Assembly: GCA_028704885.1 (NCBI GenBank)
Contig: JAQWEN010000001.1
Coordinates: 286,679-350,678 of the forward strand
Direction: 5' to 3'
Length of the DNA: 64,000 bases
Source: Candidatus Shapirobacteria bacterium
GTDB taxonomy: Bacteria > Patescibacteriota > Microgenomatia > UBA12405
Shown: positions 29,159 to 37,372 of the stretch, piece by piece
Layout: each line of letters opens with the position of its first letter
How positions within the stretch are numbered: the stretch's first letter is position 1
The notes under the pieces: generated by a model
Databases searched by the model: none
What the model was told of the DNA's origin: nothing
What the model saw: only the letters and a program-made list of their open reading frames with translations
Program-made: the position numbers and the translations under genes

Positions 29159-30937
29159 CTATTTTACCAGATTTAGGCTCTTTTTTGAAATTTGATCTTT
29201 AAGAGAATCAATAAATTGAGATAAAGGCATTATACCAAGGTCTTGACCGTCTCGTTGACGGACTGAAATAGTGTTGTTTTCAGCTTCGCGACCACCGATA
29301 ATTATCATATAAGGAATTTTTTCACCGGCAGCATTTCGAATTTTATTTTGCATGGTTTCGGATTTATCATCAATTTCAACTCGAATACCGTTTTCTTTTA
29401 ATTCTTTTTCAATATTTTGGGCATATTCAAGTTGACAATCAGTGATGGGAATTATTTTGACTTGAACTGGAGAAATCCAAGTTGGGAAAGCCCCTCCAAA
29501 TTGTTCGATTAAAATACCCATAAATCTTTCGATAGATCCGGAGATGGCTCGATGAATAACAACTGGACGCTCTTTTTCACCTTTTTCGTTAGTAAAAGAA
29601 AGATCAAATCTTTCAGGCAAATTAAAATCACATTGGATAGTGGCTAATTGCCATTCTCTTTTAAGAGCATCTTTAAACATAAAATCTAGTTTTGGACCAT
29701 AAAAAGCGGCTTCGTCAATACCGATTTTGTAAGGCAGCTGATTTTTATCGGAAATACTTTTTAAAGCAGTTTCGGCTTTTTCCCAAATTTCATTTGAACC
29801 TAAATATTTACCTTTTGGACCACGAGTGGAAAGCCTAACCCAATAATTTTCCATCATACCGAAAGTGGTATAAAATTCTTTAATTATCCCTACTATAGTG
29901 GTAATTTCAGTTTCTAATTGAGAAGTACGGCAAAATAAATGACCATCGTCTTGAGTAATGGCTCTGACACGAGTTAATCCAGAAAGTTCGCCAGCTTTTT
30001 CATCACGATAAACAGTAGCTGGTTCAAAATAACGAACTGGCATATCGCGATAACTAAATTGATTATCGGCAAAAATTTGCATGTGATGAGGACAATTCAT
30101 TGGTTTAAGATAAAAAATTTCATTTTTATCTTTTCCTTGAACTTTAAAAATATTGTCACCAAATTTTTCAGCATGGCCAGAAGTTATATAAAGTTCTTCT
30201 TTAGTAATATGTGGAGTCCAAACTTGAGAATAGCCTTTGTTTTTATGTAAATCCCAAAGATATTGTTCAAGTTCTTTTCTAATAATCATTCCATTTGGCT
30301 GGAGTAGAGGTAAACCAGCACCGACTAATTTGGAAATGGTAAATAACTTTAATTTTTGACCAAGAATGCGGTGATCTCGTTTTTTGGCTTCTTCGATTAA
30401 ATTTAAATATTCCTCTAATTCTGGTTTAGATTCGAAAGCAGTGCCGTAAATACGGGTAAGCATTTTATTTTTTTCATCGCCATGCCAATAAGCACCAGCG
30501 ATAGATAAAAGCTTAAAAGCTTTAATGCCTTTGGTATAGCGAACATGAGGGCCGGCACAAAGATCAGTAAATTCATCACCAGTTTTATAAATTGTAATAA
30601 TTTCTCCTCTGTCTTGAATGGAATTCAACCATTCCATTTTGTAAGGATTATCGGCAAATAATTTTTTGGCATCATCTAGACTAATTTCTTGCCTAATTAT
30701 TGGTAAATTTTCTTTGACAATTTTAGCCATTTCGGTTTCGATGGCGGGAAAATCAGCATCACTGACTTTAAACTCCCCTATTGGTTCGAAATCAAAATAA
30801 AAACCGTCATCAGTGGCTGGTCCCATGGCCATTAAAAATTTATTGGGAAAAAGTCTTTGCATGGCTTGAGTAAGAACATGCTCGGCTGAATGACGAATTG
30901 TTTGAATTTCTTTTTTGGAATCGATTGTTGAATTCAT
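29159..30937 (-). CDS. thrS: Threonine-tRNA ligase (lacks N-terminal TGS domain)
   Basis: RHSAEH, DLCAGPH, RDHR, KPMNCPHH, GLTRVR, AFYGPK. Confidence 0.97.
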   Translation of the reverse strand: MNSTIDSKKEIQTIRHSAEHVLTQAMQRLFPNKFLMAMGPATDDGFYFDFEPIGEFKVSDADFPAIETEMAKIVKENLPIIRQEISLDDAKKLFADNPYKMEWLNSIQDRGEIITIYKTGDEFTDLCAGPHVRYTKGIKAFKLLSIAGAYWHGDEKNKMLTRIYGTAFESKPELEEYLNLIEEAKKRDHRILGQKLKLFTISKLVGAGLPLLQPNGMIIRKELEQYLWDLHKNKGYSQVWTPHITKEELYITSGHAEKFGDNIFKVQGKDKNEIFYLKPMNCPHHMQIFADNQFSYRDMPVRYFEPATVYRDEKAGELSGLTRVRAITQDDGHLFCRTSQLETEITTIVGIIKEFYTTFGMMENYWVRLSTRGPKGKYLGSNEIWEKAETALKSISDKNQLPYKIGIDEAAFYGPKLDFMFKDALKREWQLATIQCDFNLPERFDLSFTNEKGEKERPVVIHRAISGSIERFMGILIEQFGGAFPTWISPVQVKIIPITDCQLEYAQNIEKELKENGIRVEIDDKSETMQNKIRNAAGEKIPYMIIIGGREAENNTISVRQRDGQDLGIMPLSQFIDSLKDQISKKSLNLVK

Positions 30938-30964
30938 GAGTTATTTTATCAAGAAAAGTGTGTG

Positions 30965-31038
30965 TGAGTCTAAGAGGACTCGAACCTCTGACCTCTTCGA
31001 TGTCAACGAAGCGCTCTAACCAACTGAGCTATAGACTC
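30965..31038 (-). tRNA. tRNA-Val(GAC)
   Basis: Cloverleaf; anticodon arm cttcg-ttGACat-cgaag. Confidence 0.95.
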
Positions 31039-31058
31039 GGATAGGAAAGATTTTAGCA

Positions 31059-31622
31059 TTAGTTGGCTGACCTAGCAACCGCATGTTCACTACTATTGAG
31101 ATATTTTTCACCACCATTTTTATTTTTGGCTTTATTCCAAAAAGCATTACGTTTTGATTTTTTGTGATTGAAACTTTCTAACCAGACTCCAGCTTCATTT
31201 ATGTTTCGACGGAATTGGACAATTAAGTTCTTGATTCTTTCTAAGAAAGATAATTGATATTTATTAGCCTCGGTTATATTTTGACTGGTTGACTGTTCTA
31301 CTTCATGGTCAAGATTTTCAGTAACTTGAACAAGGTTTTTAATTTCTATGCGAAGATCCTGAATAGTTTTTTCAACTTCGTTTTGGTGTTGGTTAATAAA
31401 AAGGGATTGTTCTTTTTGAATGTAATTATCAAATCGTGGTTTTTCAGGAATCTTTATTTCCTGACTAAAATCGATGGTTTCACCGGGTCTTAAAACACCA
31501 TTTAAGATAGAAGAAACAGTCACTTGATGGTTTGTCGGCGTCTTATAAATCTCAGCACCATCAAATGCTGGATTATATTTACCTTTTTGTGGATTTTTAA
31601 CAAAAGAATTACTACCTGCCAT
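31059..31622 (-). CDS. Hypothetical protein, DUF5660-like
   Basis: Coiled coil; C-terminus (Y.LSF.E...WL....K....FW...K..G..YL.S.E....RS) resembles a Microgenomates DUF as recalled, not searched. Confidence 0.55.
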   Translation of the reverse strand: MAGSNSFVKNPQKGKYNPAFDGAEIYKTPTNHQVTVSSILNGVLRPGETIDFSQEIKIPEKPRFDNYIQKEQSLFINQHQNEVEKTIQDLRIEIKNLVQVTENLDHEVEQSTSQNITEANKYQLSFLERIKNLIVQFRRNINEAGVWLESFNHKKSKRNAFWNKAKNKNGGEKYLNSSEHAVARSAN

Positions 31623-31631
31623 AGTGGCCTA

Positions 31632-32447
31632 TTATAGCAACTTTTTGAGGAAATCGAAAACTTTTTGCTGAGTAAGGAGATAGTAAATAAAATTAACGTT
31701 TTGACCTAGAGATGGGTTGGTTTTAGCAATATCTGTAACTTCAGTTTCAGTGACTTCAATTTTTTGTTCTTTGGCAATTTGGGTAATGCTTAAGTTTAAG
31801 GTCCATTCTTTAATTAGTTGTTTTTTAAGATTTTCCTTATATTGTTCAAGAGTTAAACCTTTGGTTTTTAGATAATCAGCAACACTAATCCCCGCCTGTC
31901 TAGCTTGATCAATTAATTGAGAAAGTTGATTTTGAGTATCTGATTCAATTAGAATTTCAGGCAATTCGACTTTGCCATTATTAACCAAAGAATCGATTAT
32001 TTTTTCAATCTTTTGATTTTCATCAGTAATGGTTTTATCAGAATTTATTTTTTTAACTTCGGTTAAATATTTATCATTAAGTTTGATTTCTGGTAATTCA
32101 CAGCTGGTAATTTCAATTTGCCAGTCATGATCAAAATCAACGTCTTTACTGGTAAATTTAACCTGAGGTTGAACAATTGGTTTGAGTTCGTATTCTTTTA
32201 TTTTTTCACCATAAGCATGGGAAATTAGATGAGAAGCAACTTCTTCAAACAATTTTTCGGGGTTAATATTTTGCTCAACTACATCTAGAGGAACCTTGCC
32301 TTTTCGAAAACCTTTACTTTCGTAATTGGCTTGAAAATGCTTTAAATGCTCTTGATATTCCTCTTTAATATCAGCTAATTTAATTTCAACATTTAAACTA
32401 AAAACTTTATTGTCTTGTTTTTTTAGATCAGTGGAGTTTGTTTTCAT
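31632..32447 (-). CDS. tig: Trigger factor lacking the PPIase domain
   Basis: GFRKGKVP ribosome-binding motif; ~271 aa; start 32447 (7 nt after CATAAT) or 32456. Confidence 0.88.
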   Translation of the reverse strand: MKTNSTDLKKQDNKVFSLNVEIKLADIKEEYQEHLKHFQANYESKGFRKGKVPLDVVEQNINPEKLFEEVASHLISHAYGEKIKEYELKPIVQPQVKFTSKDVDFDHDWQIEITSCELPEIKLNDKYLTEVKKINSDKTITDENQKIEKIIDSLVNNGKVELPEILIESDTQNQLSQLIDQARQAGISVADYLKTKGLTLEQYKENLKKQLIKEWTLNLSITQIAKEQKIEVTETEVTDIAKTNPSLGQNVNFIYYLLTQQKVFDFLKKLL

Positions 32448-32465
32448 AAGTGCCATTATGATAAC

Positions 32466-33095
32466 ATGAGAACAGTGATTGAAAAACCATTGTTTAATTT
32501 TAAACGGTTGTTGTTGATGCCGGTTTTTTTTATGTTAACACTGATTGTTGGTGTCGCTGAATTAACTTATTTATCTGGTAATTTTGGTAAAAAAAATGTT
32601 GTATTTGGAAAAAATGGATTGGAAAATGTAATAGTTGGATCGGCTGGTGAAATTGAAAATAAAGATATTTCTGTAAATACAATTGCGACTGGGGCTGATG
32701 CCAGACCAATGTTGATTAAAAAATATCTAGAAAAATATAATTCCCCTCTTGTTCCTTATTCGGATTTAATTTTTGAATTGTCAGAGACTTATGGATATGA
32801 ATATTATTGGATTGTAGCGATTGCTCAACAAGAATCTAACTTGTGTAAAAAAGCTCCCGAGGAATCTCATAATTGTTGGGGTTATGGAATTCATAAAAAT
32901 GGGACTCTTAAATTTGATAATTATGAGCTGGCTATTAAGAGCTATGCGGAATATCTAAAAAGACAATATTTTGACAAAGGTTTAAATACTCCAGAATTGA
33001 TGATGAAAAAATATTGTCCAAGTTCAAATGGTTCTTGGGCTAATGGAGTAAATCAGTTTATAGAAGAGCTTAAAAATGGTAGTTTCGATATGTAA
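32466..33095 (+). CDS. Membrane-anchored lysozyme/glucosaminidase-like protein
   Basis: N-terminal TM; AIAQQES, NCWGYG, KYCP..W...V. Confidence 0.6.
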   Translation: MRTVIEKPLFNFKRLLLMPVFFMLTLIVGVAELTYLSGNFGKKNVVFGKNGLENVIVGSAGEIENKDISVNTIATGADARPMLIKKYLEKYNSPLVPYSDLIFELSETYGYEYYWIVAIAQQESNLCKKAPEESHNCWGYGIHKNGTLKFDNYELAIKSYAEYLKRQYFDKGLNTPELMMKKYCPSSNGSWANGVNQFIEELKNGSFDM

Positions 33096-33105
33096 TATTT
33101 GTGTA

Positions 33106-33134
33106 TTGACTTACATATCATGTTTTGATATAGT
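33106..33134 (+). promoter_or_regulatory. Sigma70 promoter
   Basis: TTGACT-N17-TATAGT with TG extension. Confidence 0.6.
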
Positions 33135-33140
33135 TTTAAG

Positions 33141-33187
33141 CAGATCCTGGGGTGGCTCCTCTAAAAGCATGCTCTGGGATTTTTTTT
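33141..33187 (+). ncRNA. Candidate small RNA / terminator hairpin
   Basis: atcctggggtggct-cctctaaa-agcatgctctgggat followed by T run, right after promoter. Confidence 0.45.
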
Positions 33188-33223
33188 GGAAAAATTTTAA
33201 AATTTTGTGTTAAAATCAAGCCT

Positions 33224-33787
33224 ATGGGAGTTATATCAACATCACAATTCAAAAGAGGTATTTATATTCTTTTCCAAAATGAGCCATACATGATAGTGGA
33301 CACATCTTTTACCTCACCAGGAAAAGGTTCAGCTTTTTATAAAACTAAACTTAAAAATCTTTACACTGGAAGAATAGTAGATTACACCTACAAATCTGGG
33401 GAAAAAGTGGAAGAGGTTTTAGTGGAAACACATGAAGCTGAATATTCTTACTTTGATGGATCGAATTATGTTTTTATTGAACCAAGAAGTTTTGAACAAT
33501 ATACAGTACCAGTGGAAATAATTGGTGATGATAAGGTTTATTTAAAAGAAGGTCTTTTATATAGAATTAAATTCTATGATGAAAAGGCGGTAGGAATTGG
33601 TTTACCTAAGACAATTGCTTTTAAAATAGTTGAAGCTGAAAATTCAGTTAAGGGTGATACAGCAACTAATGCCACAAAAACGGCAATATTAGACACTGGA
33701 ATGAAAGTTTTAGTACCTTTGTTTATTAAGACTGGTGAAGAAATTTTAGTAAATACAGAAACTGGTGCTTATTTGTCCCGAAAATAA
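33224..33787 (+). CDS. efp: Elongation factor P
   Basis: SPGKGSAF, KGDTA, VPLFI; start MGVIST 7 nt after TAAAAT. Confidence 0.96.
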   Translation: MGVISTSQFKRGIYILFQNEPYMIVDTSFTSPGKGSAFYKTKLKNLYTGRIVDYTYKSGEKVEEVLVETHEAEYSYFDGSNYVFIEPRSFEQYTVPVEIIGDDKVYLKEGLLYRIKFYDEKAVGIGLPKTIAFKIVEAENSVKGDTATNATKTAILDTGMKVLVPLFIKTGEEILVNTETGAYLSRK

Positions 33788-33820
33788 AGATATTTTGATA
33801 AAATACAGGGTAACTTATTT

Positions 33821-33894
33821 GTCCTCATAGCTCAGTTGGATAGAGCGCTTCCCTTCTAAGGAAGAGGTCGCAGGTTCGATCCCTGCTGGGGATA
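33821..33894 (+). tRNA. tRNA-Arg(TCT)
   Basis: cttcc-ctTCTaa-ggaag; GTTCGAT. Confidence 0.95.
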
Positions 33895-33906
33895 CTTAGA
33901 TTTTTT

Positions 33907-33978
33907 GCGCCCATAGCTCAATGGATAGAGTAGTAGTCTTCGGAACTATTGATGGGGGTTCGATTCCCTCTGGGCGTA
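33907..33978 (+). tRNA. tRNA-Arg(TCG)
   Basis: gtagt-ctTCGga-actat; GTTCGAT. Confidence 0.92.
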
Positions 33979-33983
33979 CTTGA

Positions 33984-34056
33984 GGGTTTGTAGCTCAGTT
34001 GGTAGAGCGGTCGCCTCTTAAGCGATTGGTCGCGGGTTCGAGTCCCGCCGGACCCA
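33984..34056 (+). tRNA. tRNA-Lys(CTT)
   Basis: gtcgc-ctCTTaa-gcgat. Confidence 0.95.
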
Positions 34057-34059
34057 CAC

Positions 34060-34127
34060 TTTAGTGTTTGAAATCTGGCATTCGGTATCGAGCAATCGGT
34101 AACTGGACGCCAGTTTTCAGATACTAA
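34060..34127 (+). ncRNA. Long GU-rich hairpin with GCAA tetraloop between tRNAs
   Basis: ~30 bp stem by hand folding, 5 G-U pairs, GNRA loop. Confidence 0.5.
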
Positions 34128-34130
34128 AAT

Positions 34131-34212
34131 GCCGCAGTGTTGAAATTGGTATACAAGCACGGCTTAGGACCGTGTGGGGAAACCCATGGAGGTTCAAGTC
34201 CTCTCTGCGGCA
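34131..34212 (+). tRNA. tRNA-Leu(TAG)
   Basis: cacgg-ctTAGga-ccgtg; long variable arm. Confidence 0.95.
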
Positions 34213-34446
34213 CTTGAAGAGATATTAGATAATAAATATTAGATCGTAGATTGTAAAAAACTAAAACAAAAATATTTTATTCGGCACTGGAAGAAATGTT
34301 AGATTGCTGAAATTGTAAATTTTGTGTTATTATCCCTAATAATTAACAAACATAGCGTTTGGGACATTAAAATAAAAAAAGAGAGGAGAAGAGAAGAAAT
34401 ATTCTTTCAATTCAAAAAAAAAACAATATTTGGAGGGAGATTAAAA

Positions 34447-34821
34447 ATGGGTTTTTGCGCAAAATCAGGTCAGCGAGTTTTTAATTCTTGTTTCGAAATT
34501 ACTGTTCATCGATACAAGGAAGGAGAAAATGGATATTTACAACTTTTAGAAGTTGACAGATCGAAAGATGAAACAGTTTTTATCGTCCATGAATTTTTCG
34601 ATAAAGAACGAATAGGATTTTTCATTGAATGTCATTCCAAAGGTGAATCTCTGAGAATTTATTCAATGTTGTTGGATTATTTCTCTAAAAAAGAAGTTTT
34701 CAGACTGATAGAAGAGAGAAGAAAAGTTGAAAAAATTGTTTGTTATAAGGATACTCATAAACCCTGGTTTTTTCATCCTAGAGATAAATTTATTATTGAA
34801 GATACCTTTGCTCTTTCTTAA
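34447..34821 (+). CDS. Hypothetical protein
   Basis: ORF with GGAGG SD upstream of ATG 34447; no motif recognised. Confidence 0.6.
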   Translation: MGFCAKSGQRVFNSCFEITVHRYKEGENGYLQLLEVDRSKDETVFIVHEFFDKERIGFFIECHSKGESLRIYSMLLDYFSKKEVFRLIEERRKVEKIVCYKDTHKPWFFHPRDKFIIEDTFALS

Positions 34822-34829
34822 AAATTTTG

Positions 34830-34865
34830 ACCGGCAGGTTGTTGCATATTTGCAGACTTGCCGGT
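34830..34865. terminator. Hairpin between convergent genes (probable bidirectional terminator)
   Basis: accggcaggt...tgca-tatt-tgca...acttgccggt. Confidence 0.6.
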
Positions 34866-36247
34866 TATTTTTTGATAAAAAATGATTTGAAAGAATTTAA
34901 AACTCTTTTAAATAAATTTTCTTTTGGATGATAGAGAGTTGATTCTTTGGTGAATTTTTTAATTTCAAAATCATCTAAATCACCCCAGGAGATATAGGTT
35001 TTATCTTGGTAATTTTCGAGTTTATTGACCGTAAATTTAAATTTAAAAATTTTATATTGACCAGGGTAAACAAGATTGTTATCACTGCAAATTTCAGTGG
35101 TAATAATATTAGGACTGGTTTTCGGGGTAAGACAAAATCTTTTTTCGCCCCAAATTGACTGGCCGGTATTTTTTAAGATAATTTCACCAGAATATTCGTT
35201 ATTTTCGAAAATTAAAAAAGGAATATTTATTTTTTCGAGTTGATATTTGGTAATTTGTTCTGGATTGTTTTGTTTTTTAGGCAAATCAATTAATTTTTGA
35301 TATTCAGGAAAAAGGTTCCCATCTTGATTTAGCCAGGAAAAGTGATCGAATGGTTCTTGACAATAATTATAAATAAAAGGAGTAACAGCTTTGATTTTTG
35401 GATCCAAGGACCAAAGATTTATAGCTTCTATCAAAAATTGAGAAGTTGTTTTGGTAGTATAAAAATTATTTTGAGATTTAACACCTTCACGGTGAGGCCA
35501 ACCAGTTTCAGTAATAAAAACTGGTAATTCTTTATTAACACCAAGTTTTTTTAATAAATCCAATTCCCATTGATAACCGTGAATACTGTGTTGACCAGTG
35601 TCTTTTGGATTGCCGATAAAACCGTGATTAGGATAAGAATGAGAAGCTAATCCATCGATGTTGTTAAAATAATTTGGATTTATAGAAAGAACTTCTTTGT
35701 AAACATTTTCGGCGGATTTAAATTGAGGTGGTTTTTCAGGAGCGGCTAAATCAAGGGCACTGGATAAAATAAAAAAATTTGAATTAGTTTCTTTAAATTT
35801 TTTAGCAGCATAAAAACTTTTATCGGTAAAATCTTTAATATTAACTTCCCCACCCCATTCAGCACCATGATTGATTTCATTAAATAAAATAATGTGTTGT
35901 TCTTTGGTGGGCCAGTTTAGAGAATTTAAAAATGAAACAAGATGGTCAATATCGGAATAGTCTGGAACTTTCCAATTTTCACCTTCGCCAATAGTAGCAA
36001 TTCTAATTATGGGAATAATGTGGTATTTTCGGCAATTATCAAAAAAATCCTGCCAGGTAGTTTTGTCTAATTGGTCAATTTTAATAACAACAGTAGCCCA
36101 ACCCCAATCACCATTTTGAGAATTTATCACCTTACTGGCTTGATGAATATCTTCGGTTTGGGATAGATGAAGGCCAAAAATATTATCAGATGCTAAAATA
36201 TGACTATTAAAAAGAAGGCTGAAAATCAGCAAAAATATAAAAAACAT
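34865..36247 (-). CDS. Secreted clan GH-A-like glycoside hydrolase with C-terminal Ig-like domain
   Basis: Signal peptide from MFFIFLL (36247); FNE acid/base, SHSYP, ITETGW nucleophile; LKNTGQSIW. Confidence 0.7.
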   Translation of the reverse strand: MFFIFLLIFSLLFNSHILASDNIFGLHLSQTEDIHQASKVINSQNGDWGWATVVIKIDQLDKTTWQDFFDNCRKYHIIPIIRIATIGEGENWKVPDYSDIDHLVSFLNSLNWPTKEQHIILFNEINHGAEWGGEVNIKDFTDKSFYAAKKFKETNSNFFILSSALDLAAPEKPPQFKSAENVYKEVLSINPNYFNNIDGLASHSYPNHGFIGNPKDTGQHSIHGYQWELDLLKKLGVNKELPVFITETGWPHREGVKSQNNFYTTKTTSQFLIEAINLWSLDPKIKAVTPFIYNYCQEPFDHFSWLNQDGNLFPEYQKLIDLPKKQNNPEQITKYQLEKINIPFLIFENNEYSGEIILKNTGQSIWGEKRFCLTPKTSPNIITTEICSDNNLVYPGQYKIFKFKFTVNKLENYQDKTYISWGDLDDFEIKKFTKESTLYHPKENLFKRVLNSFKSFFIKK

Positions 36248-36271
36248 AATTTGTGTAGTTAATTTTAGCAA

Positions 36272-37372
36272 ATGACAAAAGAAGAAATTATTAAAATGCA
36301 GATTTCTCGAATAGAGAAAGAAATTCGGGATTTGCCGTACCATAAAGGGACAGAACATCATCATGGAATAATGAAAGCCAGATTGGCCAAATTGAATGAT
36401 GAATTGAATGGTGGTGGATCTAAAGGTGGCGGCGGTGGAGTTGGATATGCAATTAAACACTCAGGAGATGCTTCTGTGGTTTTGGTTGGTTTACCAAGTG
36501 TAGGTAAATCAACTTTATTGAATGCAGTTACTAACGCTGAGTCTCGAGTAGGAAATTATGACTTTACAACATTAGGGGTAGTGCCGGGAATGATGGAATA
36601 TAAGGGAGTTAAAATACAAATTTTGGATTTACCAGGGATTATTGAAGGAGCAACTAAAAATAAGGGTTTCGGAAAAAAAGTATTATCAGTTATTAGAGCT
36701 AGTGATTTGGTGGTTTTAATGACAGATATCAAAAGAATAAATTGGCTAAAACAGGTGGAAGATGAGCTTTATCGATCTGGAATGAGACTTAATACTAGAC
36801 CGGCTAAAATCTCGATTCACAGGACTCATAAAGGGGCAATTCAGGTGATTGATCCATATAAATCTTTTGAAAAGGAAACAGTAGTGGAAGTGGCCAAAGA
36901 AATGGGTTTAAGTAATGCCATTATTCAAATCGGAGAAAAAGTTGAAGGAATTGATAAATTGGTTGATTCGATGTCGAAATCAATTAAATACATGGCTTCA
37001 GTGGAGGTAGTGACCAAAATTGATTTGGCTAAAAATTTTGATCCAAGAATGGTAGGTAAAAAAGATAACTTGGTGTTGATGTGTGCTGACAAAGGAATTG
37101 GTTTGGATGATTTTAAAGAAAAATTATGGAAAGGACTAGGACTGGTAAGAATTTATTTAAAGGAAGAAAGAAATATGGAGGCGGATTATGTTAAACCTTT
37201 AATTTTTAAAAATACCAGCACTTTGGATGATGTCTTAAAAAGAATTTCTAATCAGATGAGGGATGATGTTGGTAAAGCCTATATTTGGGGTAAAAATGCT
37301 AGATTTCCTGGACAAGAAGTATCGTTTAGTTTTAAGGTTTTTGACGAGATGGAAGTTTATTTTGGAAGATAA
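36272..37372 (+). CDS. DRG/Rbg1-type OBG-family GTPase
   Basis: N-terminal PYHKGTEHH..KARLAKL; GLPSVGKS, YDFTT, DLPG, TKID; C-terminal TGS (IWGKNARFPGQ). Confidence 0.9.
   Translation: MTKEEIIKMQISRIEKEIRDLPYHKGTEHHHGIMKARLAKLNDELNGGGSKGGGGGVGYAIKHSGDASVVLVGLPSVGKSTLLNAVTNAESRVGNYDFTTLGVVPGMMEYKGVKIQILDLPGIIEGATKNKGFGKKVLSVIRASDLVVLMTDIKRINWLKQVEDELYRSGMRLNTRPAKISIHRTHKGAIQVIDPYKSFEKETVVEVAKEMGLSNAIIQIGEKVEGIDKLVDSMSKSIKYMASVEVVTKIDLAKNFDPRMVGKKDNLVLMCADKGIGLDDFKEKLWKGLGLVRIYLKEERNMEADYVKPLIFKNTSTLDDVLKRISNQMRDDVGKAYIWGKNARFPGQEVSFSFKVFDEMEVYFGR

Noticed and set aside
34060-34127. Integron attC site or SRP RNA
   Set aside because: No RYYYAAC/GTTRRRY ends, no integrase in window, no SRP domain IV motif
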